Virus record (IMG/VR): IMGVR_UViG_3300023184_003735
Coordinates: 60,184 to 124,183 of that record
Source: a virus
Length of the DNA stretch: 64,000 nt
Direction: 5' to 3' (one strand)
Below, piece by piece: positions 53,601-63,869 of this stretch (its first letter is position 1; each line of letters begins with the position of its first letter). A program made the position numbers and the translations under genes. Under the pieces are notes generated by a model. The model searched no databases, had not been told where the DNA came from, and was given only the letters and a program-made list of their open reading frames with translations.

Positions 53601-54594
53601 TCAGCACTCCTTTATATGTTTCATTGAGCCAGCGACCAAACTGTTCAGCCGCATCGCTACACTTGTTCAATTCATACTTGCCGCAGAATTGCATAAATCT
53701 CACACCCACTTGCCCCACATCCTTATGCGAAATCTGTTCGCATATGGCCGAGTCCACAGTGGCCTTGATGTCCGCAGGTTGAGCAGTCAAGTCAATCAAG
53801 GTACAATTACGTTCATAATCATCTAACACACGATGTTCGACTCCATCCGGGTCGGTCCAACGTTGCAACATCATGTTGTTCCAATTGTATCCGCGCTTGT
53901 CTCTGTCTCCAAAGGCCTCACGGAGACCAACTTTATTCTTTGTGCCTTTCTCACGTACTCCAGGATACGCACTGAATACGTTGTCTGAGGTGTCGCCACG
54001 CATACACTTCTCAAATAGCAACCAGGCTGGATCCGGGATGGTTTTTGGCTGTTTAGTTTTCTTATCATTGACACGGTTACCTTTGGCATCAAATATACCC
54101 TCAACAGTTAGTAGTTCGTCAGCAATGCCATTGTATTGCGTGACATTGGGTGCGAGCAGTTGTACAAAATCAGAATCTGAACTAATAATAACGTGTTGGT
54201 CTTGGGGGTGTAAAGCAATCCAACGTGCTATGATATCATCTGCTTCGGCAGTGGCACATCGGATAACGCTACAATTGGTTTTCGTAGCCAAGTATTTAGT
54301 CAGTTCGTCATACGTCTCCCAAAACAGTTTATCTTCTTCTGCTTCTGCCTCGGTCATTTTTCCCCGGGCCACAGCACGATTTGCTTTGTAGGGTTTGTAA
54401 TAGTCCTTGCGCCACGAGCGCCCTTCCAGTGCGAATACCACATGATCTGCCTCAAATCGCTTGGCCATCTTGTTCACAGCCATTAGTGTAACATGCAGAG
54501 CAAAGCCTAGTTTGGTCCAAGAGTCTGCGGCTCTAAATGCCCCGTGCCTAGCACGAAAGAACATGTTGGCAGTGTCAATCAGTACGTATTTCAT
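53545..54594 (-). CDS. rnh: T4-type RNase H / 5'-3' exonuclease
   Basis: LIDTAN, WRKDYYKPYKANR, EADDII, SSDSDFVQL, RGDTSDNV. Confidence 0.88.
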   Translation of the reverse strand: MKYVLIDTANMFFRARHGAFRAADSWTKLGFALHVTLMAVNKMAKRFEADHVVFALEGRSWRKDYYKPYKANRAVARGKMTEAEAEEDKLFWETYDELTKYLATKTNCSVIRCATAEADDIIARWIALHPQDQHVIISSDSDFVQLLAPNVTQYNGIADELLTVEGIFDAKGNRVNDKKTKQPKTIPDPAWLLFEKCMRGDTSDNVFSAYPGVREKGTKNKVGLREAFGDRDKRGYNWNNMMLQRWTDPDGVEHRVLDDYERNCTLIDLTAQPADIKATVDSAICEQISHKDVGQVGVRFMQFCGKYELNKCSDAAEQFGRWLNETYKGVLNDISQTGSRESILDSQEG

Positions 54595-55300
54595 TGTGTG
54601 CAATCAAGTTGTTATCGTTGATGTATTGTAGCACATGTTCGGCCCAAAAGCAATGAGCCGCTTCACCAAAATGCCAAGATTTTGGATTAACCGTTTTAAA
54701 ACCGTTGTTTTTGAGCACATTATTATAGGTTCGGTCTGGGTCATATGGTGCCATGTAGTTTGTACCCCAGTCGTGGCGATTTGGTACACCTGAGAAATCC
54801 GAATTGCCGTTAAAAAACACATGCCGAACATGATTGAGGTGCAGTTCTCTATGAAACTGCCAAATTTGGCTGTGCGCATGTTGTCTTGCTTCGGCCCAGT
54901 CAACATCAGCAATGAATCTTCGATATCGATCTTGTAATGATTCGGGCACATCATCTACACCACTGGCATTGACTTGGTACCAAGTGCTATCATGCAACCA
55001 TTCTTGCCGTTCCCAAGTGGACCATTGTATAACGATCAAGGTATCTTCAAGACTGTGTTGCTGTTGCAACCAGGCCCGTGTGGTGCGCATGATACGGGCA
55101 TTGCTGGAGGCACTTTCTGCATCACAATATAAAATGGCTTTGAGATGATTGGCCAGTTCACAACCCCAACTCACACGCTCGTTGTCGGGGTGCGGCCTAC
55201 GCCCAAGTCCATAATACAAGTTATCATCTTCGGCAAATGCATAAGGATTCACTGCTTCTGCGGCCGCGGTGTGGCTATCACCGTTTACATACAGTATCAT
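54575..55300 (-). CDS. SGNH hydrolase-like protein
   Basis: VNGDSH, HFGEAAH. Confidence 0.65.
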   Translation of the reverse strand: MILYVNGDSHTAAAEAVNPYAFAEDDNLYYGLGRRPHPDNERVSWGCELANHLKAILYCDAESASSNARIMRTTRAWLQQQHSLEDTLIVIQWSTWERQEWLHDSTWYQVNASGVDDVPESLQDRYRRFIADVDWAEARQHAHSQIWQFHRELHLNHVRHVFFNGNSDFSGVPNRHDWGTNYMAPYDPDRTYNNVLKNNGFKTVNPKSWHFGEAAHCFWAEHVLQYINDNNLIAHNEIRTD

Positions 55301-55773
55301 TTTTGCATTAGCACTTTTTCAGTCTCTGCGGCCACCACACGTTTGCGCAGACTTGAACTGGAGAACGAATGATCCCTACCATTGAACACTAATTCGATGC
55401 CGCGCATTCCACACTCCTCATAGCCAGAGAAGTTTTTGTGTTGATATTCCACGCCCAGGATGCGAACATCCACAGGCAAGATCAACAGCAAGTCAACAAG
55501 ATCTTGTTCAGTTTGATACACAACAACTTCATCAACGTAACGGCATGCGGCCAACTGTATTTGTCGCTCCACAATACTTTGTATAGGGTGATTTTTAGTT
55601 TCAGGTCTATCGATAGTTGGGTCTGTTTGGAGCCCGCAGATCAGGTAGTCACAGTGATTTTTGGCTTCCGACAGCATGGCAATGTGCCCTGCGTGGAGCA
55701 TGTCGAAGGTTGAGAAAGTGATGCCAATTTTCTTGCCATCCTGTTTGAGTTGTTTAATATGATTGAATATCAT
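55297..55773 (-). CDS. Cytidylyltransferase (TagD-like)
   Basis: TFDMLHAGH, YVDEV, FSSSSLR. Confidence 0.88.
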   Translation of the reverse strand: MIFNHIKQLKQDGKKIGITFSTFDMLHAGHIAMLSEAKNHCDYLICGLQTDPTIDRPETKNHPIQSIVERQIQLAACRYVDEVVVYQTEQDLVDLLLILPVDVRILGVEYQHKNFSGYEECGMRGIELVFNGRDHSFSSSSLRKRVVAAETEKVLMQK

Positions 55774-56011
55774 TCTTGATATGCTGGGTTAGGTACTTCA
55801 AGTTCAAACACGTGAAACTTGGGTTTAGGTACAGTGGTTTCTTTGAGTAGTTCAAATGTACGAGCCTGCTCGGCTTCGTGTCTGGTGCCGTAAAACCAGC
55901 CCCATAGTTTACACTACTAGCCATGCTGACATACACATAACTCATGCTCATGCCTGTCTGCTTGATCACTGTGTAAACTTTGTGTGTGGCTGGAGGGCTC
56001 AGTGGTTCCAT
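55770..56011 (-). CDS. Hypothetical protein with apparent 1-nt frameshift at ~55892-55895
   Basis: -1 frame continues YGTRHEAEQAR...FELEVPNPAYQE and stops in ATGA overlap with next gene. Confidence 0.5.
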
Positions 56012-56403
56012 TAACTTACCTCACTACGTCCGCCGCCTATGTCTCTAGAGTTTACATATTGACTGCTGTACTTGTTTATGGCCTGCTCTTGTTCCCATGT
56101 TTCCATAACCACGTGTCGGCAAATATTTTGGAACCAACGATCCACTATATCTGCATCCGCATCATCGGGTTTCATCATGTAGCCGGCCTTGACCAAGCGA
56201 GCCACAAAGATTTCGTTCCAGTCTAGTTCAAATGCACCTTGATGCAAATTGTTGGGATCTATGTCCATGCGCACAATGCTCACATAAGGTTCATTTTTTT
56301 CTGTGGCAAGTTCTTTTTCGGTTTTCTCTGGTGCCTTGGGCTTGGGCTCGGCCCGAACTTTTGCTGGTGCAGGCTTCTTGCGAAACCGATCAAATATTCC
56401 CAT
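56011..56403 (-). CDS. Hypothetical phage protein
   Basis: EPYVSIV..GAFELDWN..IVDRWF. Confidence 0.72.
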   Translation of the reverse strand: MGIFDRFRKKPAPAKVRAEPKPKAPEKTEKELATEKNEPYVSIVRMDIDPNNLHQGAFELDWNEIFVARLVKAGYMMKPDDADADIVDRWFQNICRHVVMETWEQEQAINKYSSQYVNSRDIGGGRSEVS

Positions 56404-57260
56404 CAGGTTCCCCATTCGTTTTTAAATAGTGGCACTTGTAGTCGATCACTGTACCGCCAGCCTTTTCGCATTGCCATTTCTGCCACTGCACGATTGTTAA
56501 GGGTATACACCCGCTCAACACCACCAACAGGCATAACATACACAGGGCCTGTAAAACCTGCTGTGCGATACTCCAAGACTGCTTGTTCTGCATCTGCTAG
56601 ATCCTGTTCTGTGGCAATTACCAGTTTCAAATAGGTGTAACCATATTCCTCATACTCGCATACTACGTCTGGACAGATAGCATCCGACCATGACTCACCT
56701 GACCCGGGTAGTTTAGCACTCACACTAAATGTTACTTCTCTATAGAAGTCTTGGCCATGATGGAAAGTCCATGTATGCAAGTGTTGTTTGAATTGATCAT
56801 CTAATTGCTGAGTGCCATTAGTTTCAAATGTGATTTCTCGAAGTCTGCCCATGCTTGGATGATTCAACAAGTCTGGATAAGCACGTTGCCAACCTAACAA
56901 AGGTTCACCACCTGTGATAACAAGATGTTCATCTTCCCAACGCTTGTGCGGAAGTATTTCCATGATACGATGCACAATAGCATCAGTTTCTAGCATGGGA
57001 CTTAGATCTTTGAATCGTGGATCCCACGATGCATAACTGTCACAGCCAGTTGACACCAAGGGCAGTTCGTTGTAGTCTTTGAATTCAATCATGCGTTCAG
57101 CGATAGCATCACGCTCCGCGCTCATCTCACCACGCGGCATACCGAATCCACCGCAAGTAAAGTTGCACCCAAATGTTCTCAAGAACACACTAGGTACACC
57201 CATGTATCGACCTTCACCCTGAACTGAATAAAATAGTTCTGCTATTTTAAGTTTACTCAT
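56403..57260 (-). CDS. queE: 7-carboxy-7-deazaguanine synthase (radical SAM)
   Basis: ELFYSVQGEG, FLRTFGCNFTC...GCDS, ITGGEP, ETNGT, SDRLQ. Confidence 0.9.
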   Translation of the reverse strand: MSKLKIAELFYSVQGEGRYMGVPSVFLRTFGCNFTCGGFGMPRGEMSAERDAIAERMIEFKDYNELPLVSTGCDSYASWDPRFKDLSPMLETDAIVHRIMEILPHKRWEDEHLVITGGEPLLGWQRAYPDLLNHPSMGRLREITFETNGTQQLDDQFKQHLHTWTFHHGQDFYREVTFSVSAKLPGSGESWSDAICPDVVCEYEEYGYTYLKLVIATEQDLADAEQAVLEYRTAGFTGPVYVMPVGGVERVYTLNNRAVAEMAMRKGWRYSDRLQVPLFKNEWGT

Positions 57261-57332
57261 CTGTATCCTTTGTTATACATTGTACATTATACACGAGATC
57301 GCGGGCGTTTTGCAAGTGGCTAGATTGCCAGT

Positions 57333-58223
57333 TTATCCAATTGATTTTTGCACACCCGATTCAAAACTCATGGGCACATAGTCGGGCATGATGCTTCGTA
57401 GTCGGGTGATATCAGGTCTGCGACTGGCTGTACTTCCGGGCTTGCCTGGTGTGGTGGTCCATGTAGGATTGTCATGACCTAGTGCTGATGCAATGATTTG
57501 AGCCGCATCCATGATGGTAATTTCTCGATCGTTACCAATGTTGATCAGTTCACGAGTCTGTGTTTCGGCGCAGTAGATACTGGCTCGTATGGCATCTTCC
57601 ACATGACAGAAACTTCTAGTTTCGTTGGCACCAAAGCACTCAAATCTGCCTTCTTTAATCTTGGCAATCTGATCAGCCAAAAAGTGTCCAGCCTTGCTAT
57701 TCTCACCGTAAACGTTGAAGTAACGTAACATCACATAAGGCAGTCGGCTGTTGGCCAAATAGTTCTCACTACATACTTTGGCCAATCTATAACTCCAACG
57801 AGCATTGTGAATGTCCCGGATTGTAATGTCTGCATGTTCTGGCACCGGGCTAACAGGATCATCACTAACAATTTCGCTACTGCTGGCATACACAATTTTT
57901 TTAAGGTTTGTAATTTCTCCAGCGTACTCAAACATATTTAGATCACAGATGAAATTGTTTGCCAACACATGATTGGGACGTTCATAAAAATTCTTGGTAC
58001 CGTTGATGGCACCATAGTGATAGATGTAATCAAACACTCGGGGCAACTTATCAATTGATGTTTGATCAGTTAGATCAATTTCCAAGAAGTGATCACATGG
58101 TGGAATAGTTGAACTACGACTATGATTGTCAATTGCCCAGACTTCGTTTTGTGGATTGGCTTTTAGTTGTCGGCAAATTTCTGTACCCAATAACCCACTG
58201 GCACCTGTTACTAATATTTTCAT
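57333..58223 (-). CDS. NAD-dependent epimerase/decarboxylase (UDP-GlcA decarboxylase-like)
   Basis: TGASGLLG, ASSSE, RWSYRLAK, RYFNVYG, TRSFCHVED. Confidence 0.85.
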   Translation of the reverse strand: MKILVTGASGLLGTEICRQLKANPQNEVWAIDNHSRSSTIPPCDHFLEIDLTDQTSIDKLPRVFDYIYHYGAINGTKNFYERPNHVLANNFICDLNMFEYAGEITNLKKIVYASSSEIVSDDPVSPVPEHADITIRDIHNARWSYRLAKVCSENYLANSRLPYVMLRYFNVYGENSKAGHFLADQIAKIKEGRFECFGANETRSFCHVEDAIRASIYCAETQTRELINIGNDREITIMDAAQIIASALGHDNPTWTTTPGKPGSTASRRPDITRLRSIMPDYVPMSFESGVQKSIG

Positions 58224-58993
58224 TTGCTTACTTTCTGATTATCATCAATTACACTTTGGATCAAGGTGTAAGGCAGATCAAGATTCTTGATCAAGTTATT
58301 CCACGCACTAGTATCTTTAGGCAAACAATGCCCACCGTAGCCACGCATGTTGTCATTGGCCATTAGGTAGTGTGGATTGATGCATTCTCTACGAGTGATT
58401 GCATCATACACATTCTTGTAGTCAGCACCTAATTTTTTACATACGTCGTATGTGATGTTGGCAAAGGTCACGCTCATAGCATGGTGTACATTGTTAAAGT
58501 ACTTGACTACTTCGGCTTCAGTGGGGCTCACACAGGCCACAGTCTTTGGAAAATGCCCGTGTATTTTTTTGATTAATTCAAAGTCTTCCTCGCGGTCGCT
58601 ACCAATAATCAATAAGTCATGATTGTAAACAAAATCTGCTAGAGCAGTCTTGGCCCGCAAAAATTCGGGAACACTACAGATTTTTAAATTAGGATACGCT
58701 GTACTGAGTCGTTTGCTAGTTCCAGGCACCACCGTACTTTTGATTGCTACTAGGCCTGGGTACTGGTGTTGATTTAACTCCTCAACCACTCGTTCCACAA
58801 TGCTGGTATCACAATCACCATTATCGGCTTGATTGGTGGGTACACTTAAGAACACACATTCAGCATCCAACACATCGGCCAATTTACTGCCTTCATAGGC
58901 TGGATCAAAGAAACACATGTTGTGTCCAAGATACTCCAACCCTTCATACACAGCCTTGCCCACTGTGCCCTTGCCAATAATTCCTATTTTCAT
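58220..58993 (-). CDS. UDP-glucose/GDP-mannose dehydrogenase family (short form)
   Basis: GKGTVG, SVPT, IKSTVVPG, PEFLR, GYGGHCLPKD. Confidence 0.9.
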   Translation of the reverse strand: MKIGIIGKGTVGKAVYEGLEYLGHNMCFFDPAYEGSKLADVLDAECVFLSVPTNQADNGDCDTSIVERVVEELNQHQYPGLVAIKSTVVPGTSKRLSTAYPNLKICSVPEFLRAKTALADFVYNHDLLIIGSDREEDFELIKKIHGHFPKTVACVSPTEAEVVKYFNNVHHAMSVTFANITYDVCKKLGADYKNVYDAITRRECINPHYLMANDNMRGYGGHCLPKDTSAWNNLIKNLDLPYTLIQSVIDDNQKVSK

Positions 58994-59604
58994 ATTACAT
59001 CCTTAAAAGTCATATCCACACACATACTAGTTGACCCTGATTCAACTAGTCGAAAAATTTCTCCAGCAACTTGATCCGGTTCCAAATAATCCAACGCGGG
59101 ATCGATTGCTTTGCCTGCTGTGGCCATCTTGGTTCTTGTTCGCACAGGATTGACCAGATCAACCACAATGTCTGAATCTCGAAAGTAATCTCTTGCTGAT
59201 TCCCACAAGTTGTACAAGGCTGCCTTGCTGGCACTGTATAACGGATACAATTTTCGTCCGCCAGTATAACTACTACTGCCAATCATGATGATTCTTGTGG
59301 GCTTGGCCAATCCCTTGAGAGCCATGTAATAACTCACAATCGACCAATTGCTACCAAAATTTACGTTCATAGTGGCATAATGGGTATCAGCGAATCCATT
59401 GACGAACACACCAGCACAATTAACAACCACATCAGCCTGTACTTGGTTCAACAACTTGGCAACATCCGAATGACTTTGTTCGCTGTCAAAATTCAAATAA
59501 TCCCGACCGATTGGCACAACATGATATCCTTGATCTGCAAATAATTCAGCAGTTGCGGCACCAATCCCGCCCAGAGCACCAAAAATCACTACAGTTTTTG
59601 TCAT
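58990..59604 (-). CDS. SDR family oxidoreductase
   Basis: GALGGIG, VNCAG, YSASK. Confidence 0.88.
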   Translation of the reverse strand: MTKTVVIFGALGGIGAATAELFADQGYHVVPIGRDYLNFDSEQSHSDVAKLLNQVQADVVVNCAGVFVNGFADTHYATMNVNFGSNWSIVSYYMALKGLAKPTRIIMIGSSSYTGGRKLYPLYSASKAALYNLWESARDYFRDSDIVVDLVNPVRTRTKMATAGKAIDPALDYLEPDQVAGEIFRLVESGSTSMCVDMTFKDVI

Positions 59605-60008
59605 TGAGTAATATCGTCTACTCGGTAAGTGTCAGTCTCATAGTCCTCACCACCTCTTGGACCTTCGGCAAACGCAATAAAGGTACAGCCATCAGCACCT
59701 GCCCGCATGGCATGGATCTCAAGTGGCTCACTAATGATCATGTCTCCGGCCACAGCGTTAAAAACGTCAGTAGGTTTATCGCCACCAATGCTTCGACTGT
59801 AATAGGTCAGTGTACCGGACAATATGTAAGTGTATTGTGTGGTAAATTTATGATAGTGATTGCCACGCACAGCGCCCGGTTGATTGGTAATGATACAGCC
59901 ATGATTCATGTTGGCTGTGTAAAATATGTCAGTAATACTACCGCGACTGTCTTCAAAACTACCAAGTCCGGTCTGACCATGATCAGCGTAAATGTTGTAT
60001 GTTTTCAT
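59601..60008 (-). CDS. Cupin, sugar isomerase/epimerase-like (FdtA/WxcM type)
   Basis: FEDSRG, VRGNHYHK, IHAM. Confidence 0.75.
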   Translation of the reverse strand: MKTYNIYADHGQTGLGSFEDSRGSITDIFYTANMNHGCIITNQPGAVRGNHYHKFTTQYTYILSGTLTYYSRSIGGDKPTDVFNAVAGDMIISEPLEIHAMRAGADGCTFIAFAEGPRGGEDYETDTYRVDDITQ

Positions 60009-61240
60009 TGTGATATAAACCTTGTGTTGGGATTGATATTTAAAATAGCACGGCGCAATCCTTCGCCAATGTTCCAACTCAATATCAGTGCATATGGCTG
60101 TCGGTGTTGGGCAAACTCTTGATCTGCCACAACAGGAATTCTGGTTAACGGAGTATACTTGCCTTGCTTGTGTTCACTTGCATCAGTAATACAACGAATA
60201 ACAGTGCTGTCAAGTCCGTGCCACTTTAACCATGTGTTGGCCTTGGCTGCGGCACCGACTCCTATCACAACAGCATCTGGATCCTCGTTGAGCAATTGAT
60301 AAAAAGCGGCCAGCCAATCAATCTTGGCCTTCTCAAACTTCAGTTGTAAGTTTTGATAAAATGCAGGATCAAACAAACCCATGTTTGTTTCTTTGATAAT
60401 AGCGTCTTGAATTTTAACAGGCATGTCGGCACCAGTATCTAGTCTAGCAAACACACGCAGACTACCACCATGATAGTCAACTACGTCAAAATCAGTAATT
60501 TCTAGTCCTGCTGACTTCAGCAGATTCCAGGCCATCTTTACTGTGAAGTAAGTAGGGTGTTCATGATACACCATGTCAGTAAACCTGCCTGACTCGATCA
60601 TGCTCAGCCAGTAAGGCACTTCAAACACAAACTCTCCTGTGTTTGATAACAATCGTGCCACACTCTTTGCAAAAGCTTTAGGATCGTTGGCATGATTAAA
60701 AACATTATTGGCAATGATTGCAGAAGCCATTCCGTGTGTGGTTTTTATTGCGTCAGCAGTGGCATCATCAAATAAGGCATTGATAGTTGTGATGCCTTTT
60801 GCTTGAGCAATCACACACATTTCTGCACTGGAGTCAACACCTACACCTTGCGCAAATTGTCCCACTAGGTACCCATCGTTGCTACCAATTTCTACTACCA
60901 ATCCCACATGACCACGACTTTGAATTGTTTCAGCATATTCATCCCAGTGGCTTCTGGCTGTTTGACTGTTGCTAGAAGTATAACTGTAACTGTAGAGGTT
61001 GTAGCGATCTTCAGCCGAACTAACATATCCCAGTTGTATACTGCCTGAATCACTATTGAGATATACTTGTAAAGGAAATACAGGTTCACTGAGATGCAAT
61101 TGATCTGACCGTATAAATGTATCAGCATAGGCATGCTGACCAAAGTCAAGTATCTTTGTAACTGGTGCTGTTGAAACAACACAGTCAGTAATCAGGCCAC
61201 TGACTGTTATATTATTTTGTTGCAAGCGTCCTCCGGACAT
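60005..61240 (-). CDS. NDP-sugar C-methyltransferase (class I SAM)
   Basis: VEIGSNDG, ANNVFNH, YHEH, HGGSLR, GAAAK, KQGKYTP, LSWN. Confidence 0.88.
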   Translation of the reverse strand: MSGGRLQQNNITVSGLITDCVVSTAPVTKILDFGQHAYADTFIRSDQLHLSEPVFPLQVYLNSDSGSIQLGYVSSAEDRYNLYSYSYTSSNSQTARSHWDEYAETIQSRGHVGLVVEIGSNDGYLVGQFAQGVGVDSSAEMCVIAQAKGITTINALFDDATADAIKTTHGMASAIIANNVFNHANDPKAFAKSVARLLSNTGEFVFEVPYWLSMIESGRFTDMVYHEHPTYFTVKMAWNLLKSAGLEITDFDVVDYHGGSLRVFARLDTGADMPVKIQDAIIKETNMGLFDPAFYQNLQLKFEKAKIDWLAAFYQLLNEDPDAVVIGVGAAAKANTWLKWHGLDSTVIRCITDASEHKQGKYTPLTRIPVVADQEFAQHRQPYALILSWNIGEGLRRAILNINPNTRFISQ

Positions 61241-62102
61241 CTTCACTCTTTTGATCTTTGCCGTAGGACATGACCTGTCCACGCTCGTCAAGTTCCATTA
61301 CAAATTGACTCATTTGTTTGTTGACATCCAAGGCAATTAATTTTTCCCAGGGATAACTTTTTCCAGTTTTGACGCCTTCCCACCAAGAAGTATCCAGGTC
61401 AATTAAGCGCATGTATTCAGCAATAGTATCACAATCCTGATAGCGTCGAGCACTAGTTTGAGGATTATGGAAATCATGCGGATTAGCAGGGTTACCTTCA
61501 AATCTTACCTTGGGTTTGAGAGGATCAGTTGCATCTTTGGTCAACTCAACTTGGTTGTGTATGACATCAACTTCAATCACTTGCATGATATCCAGCAAGA
61601 AAGCCAGTTGACTTAGTTCAGCATCGATCATTTGATGTCTACTGAGATGATTCATTAGGTCATACCATGCTCTTGGCATTATGGGAAAAATACTGTAAGG
61701 GTGATCGTTATGAGTGTGAACTTTTAACAGTTTGAATTGGCCAGTGTATTGTTCAATAACTGAGTCCCAGCCCTGTGTCTCCATTACAGCGTCATCGTTC
61801 CACACAAACAACCAGTCGGCTGAAGTTGACTTGGCTAGATGATTGTAGTAGCGATTGAGTCCAGCATAGCCCATGCTTTTAAATGCTTGGGCCTCGTAAG
61901 ACACCCCACGTTTGTCCAAAAATGGTTGAATCACCGTTTTAAAATGATTCAAACCTATTTCATCATCGTCGTCAAATCCAAAGATTAGTTGTATGCGAGA
62001 AACATTGTTGGCCAAATCTATAATACTAGTTACACTTGAAGTAAGTGCATCAGTGCGGCTACGTGTGGGCAGTAAGACTGCTATGCTGTATTCGTTTGTC
62101 AT
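61212..62102 (-). CDS. Glycosyltransferase family 2-like
   Basis: VLLPTRSR, FDDDD, WNDD. Confidence 0.75.
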   Translation of the reverse strand: MTNEYSIAVLLPTRSRTDALTSSVTSIIDLANNVSRIQLIFGFDDDDEIGLNHFKTVIQPFLDKRGVSYEAQAFKSMGYAGLNRYYNHLAKSTSADWLFVWNDDAVMETQGWDSVIEQYTGQFKLLKVHTHNDHPYSIFPIMPRAWYDLMNHLSRHQMIDAELSQLAFLLDIMQVIEVDVIHNQVELTKDATDPLKPKVRFEGNPANPHDFHNPQTSARRYQDCDTIAEYMRLIDLDTSWWEGVKTGKSYPWEKLIALDVNKQMSQFVMELDERGQVMSYGKDQKSEDVRRTLATK

Positions 62103-62129
62103 TGGAAAAATATTTATATGCGTATATTA

Positions 62130-62636
62130 TCAAGCAAATAAATCTTCATTCCATTCACGATGACCTTCACGGAAAGCCATATTGGCCTGTGTTTCGCGAA
62201 CTTCCACACGATAGCACCATAAACGTGCGGCTTCACCTGGTCCCCACATTTCGGGAATGTAAACACCATTCACATATTTGTATAGCATGTCAGATAAACC
62301 TTCACAACCTAACCGTGGTAACACTACAACCTTGGCCATGTTCTTTTCTTGCAGTAACTTGAATGTCTCCATTTCTGGATCATCCTGTGCCACAATAAGT
62401 GTGTGATCAAATTGATCTTCTAATGTTTTCTTGAGTTCTTTGAGTCCACCATAGTCAGCGGCCCAGTTACGCACATCCAGTTCATTGGTTCCAAAATAGA
62501 ACTTCATTGAGAATGAATATCCATGGATTAAGTTACAATGGCTATCGCTCCTCCACTGTCTATACGCACATGGAAATGCGTCGTGGTACTCTTTGGTTGA
62601 AGTATATTTGTAAACTACGGGATTTAATGTTGTCAT
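62130..62636 (-). CDS. queD: 6-carboxy-tetrahydropterin synthase
   Basis: HCNLIHGY, DYGGLK, FDHT, VRET. Confidence 0.88.
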   Translation of the reverse strand: MTTLNPVVYKYTSTKEYHDAFPCAYRQWRSDSHCNLIHGYSFSMKFYFGTNELDVRNWAADYGGLKELKKTLEDQFDHTLIVAQDDPEMETFKLLQEKNMAKVVVLPRLGCEGLSDMLYKYVNGVYIPEMWGPGEAARLWCYRVEVRETQANMAFREGHREWNEDLFA

Positions 62637-62729
62637 GCTGTTTTTCTCCTATGTTAAAGTATAGCATAGGCGGCGGAGTTTGTAAAGCGGGACGATGCCG
62701 ATAGGCCGCTGTAAAAGAATATTTATTAA

Positions 62730-63134
62730 CTATTCGGGTTGTTGATATGTATCTGTTTTGTAGTTGGCTTGACCAGGTATGACTCCACGAACACCACCAA
62801 CTGGATCAGGAGTGTCACCATGTCGTCTTGGTATCAAGTGTACGTGTGGATACATCACTGTTTGTCCGGCAGCGACTCCTGCATTCAATCCAACGTTGAA
62901 CGCATCACATTGATTGTTTTGTATCATTTGCCGACCAGTCAACAAGGCTAGGCCCAGGGCCACCACAATTGATTCATCAGTGTTGGCACGTGGTACAAAC
63001 AACAGGTGCCCCTCTGCAACAGGATATGCATCGCGGAACACAGCAATATGAGCATTGCTGAGTTCGGGTACGGTGTTGGTCCAAGGTGCCACTTTGCCGT
63101 CCTGTGCGGCCTTTAGAGTTGCATAACTAATCAT
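62730..63134 (-). CDS. HIT family hydrolase
   Basis: DAYPVAEGHLLFVP, AGQTVMYPHVHLIPR. Confidence 0.9.
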   Translation of the reverse strand: MISYATLKAAQDGKVAPWTNTVPELSNAHIAVFRDAYPVAEGHLLFVPRANTDESIVVALGLALLTGRQMIQNNQCDAFNVGLNAGVAAGQTVMYPHVHLIPRRHGDTPDPVGGVRGVIPGQANYKTDTYQQPE

Positions 63135-63868
63135 CGTGGTGCAAAGTCCTGTTGTAGTTTGATGTTGTCAAAGAATTCCTTCTTCACGCTTTGATCTGCT
63201 TTGAAGGCTCCGTGGAGCACAGTAGTTTGGGTGAGACTACTGTGAGCCATAATACCACGATTCTCGCAACATCCGTGGGTAGCCTGAATATAAACGGCCA
63301 CATCCGGTGATCCAGTTGCTGTCCCGATCTCACGAGCGATATCCATGCAGAGTTCTTCTTGAAGGGTTCCACGACGGGCACACCACTGTGCGATACGGGT
63401 GTACTTCGAAAGACCAATGAGTTTGGGGCCAGCAATGATTCCAATATAAGCAACACCCGCAACAGGTTGATGATGGTGGCTACACATACTCTTAAGTTCG
63501 CTACGCACCACCAGCATGCCTTCGTATGCTCCGTCTGTGTCATTTGGAAAAGCCGTTGCATTTGGCGATTCCTCATATCTACCAGCCATAATTTCATTGT
63601 AGTACATTTTTGCCAACCGGCGAGCCGTACCTTGGGAGTTTGGGTCATTTTCTCTGTCAATCAATAATGTGTCTAATACTCGTTCAAATGCTATAGTGGC
63701 TTCATCAATCAATTGTGCTTTTGTTGTTTCATCTACGTATTCACTGATATTGTCCCCGGCCCAAAAACGTTTATTGTCACGTTTCATTTTAAAACGAATA
63801 GCATCTGCTAGATATGCAGACTCATAGCCTTTGTCATCAATGTTATTTACTGATATTGATTCTGTCAT
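63131..63868 (-). CDS. folE: GTP cyclohydrolase I
   Basis: SMCSHH, IGLSKYTR, LQEE, HGCCENRG. Confidence 0.95.
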   Translation of the reverse strand: MTESISVNNIDDKGYESAYLADAIRFKMKRDNKRFWAGDNISEYVDETTKAQLIDEATIAFERVLDTLLIDRENDPNSQGTARRLAKMYYNEIMAGRYEESPNATAFPNDTDGAYEGMLVVRSELKSMCSHHHQPVAGVAYIGIIAGPKLIGLSKYTRIAQWCARRGTLQEELCMDIAREIGTATGSPDVAVYIQATHGCCENRGIMAHSSLTQTTVLHGAFKADQSVKKEFFDNIKLQQDFAPR

Positions 63869-63869
63869 C

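Noticed and set aside
59511-60122. 203-aa + strand ORF
   Set aside because: Antisense to motif-bearing cupin, SDR and methyltransferase genes.
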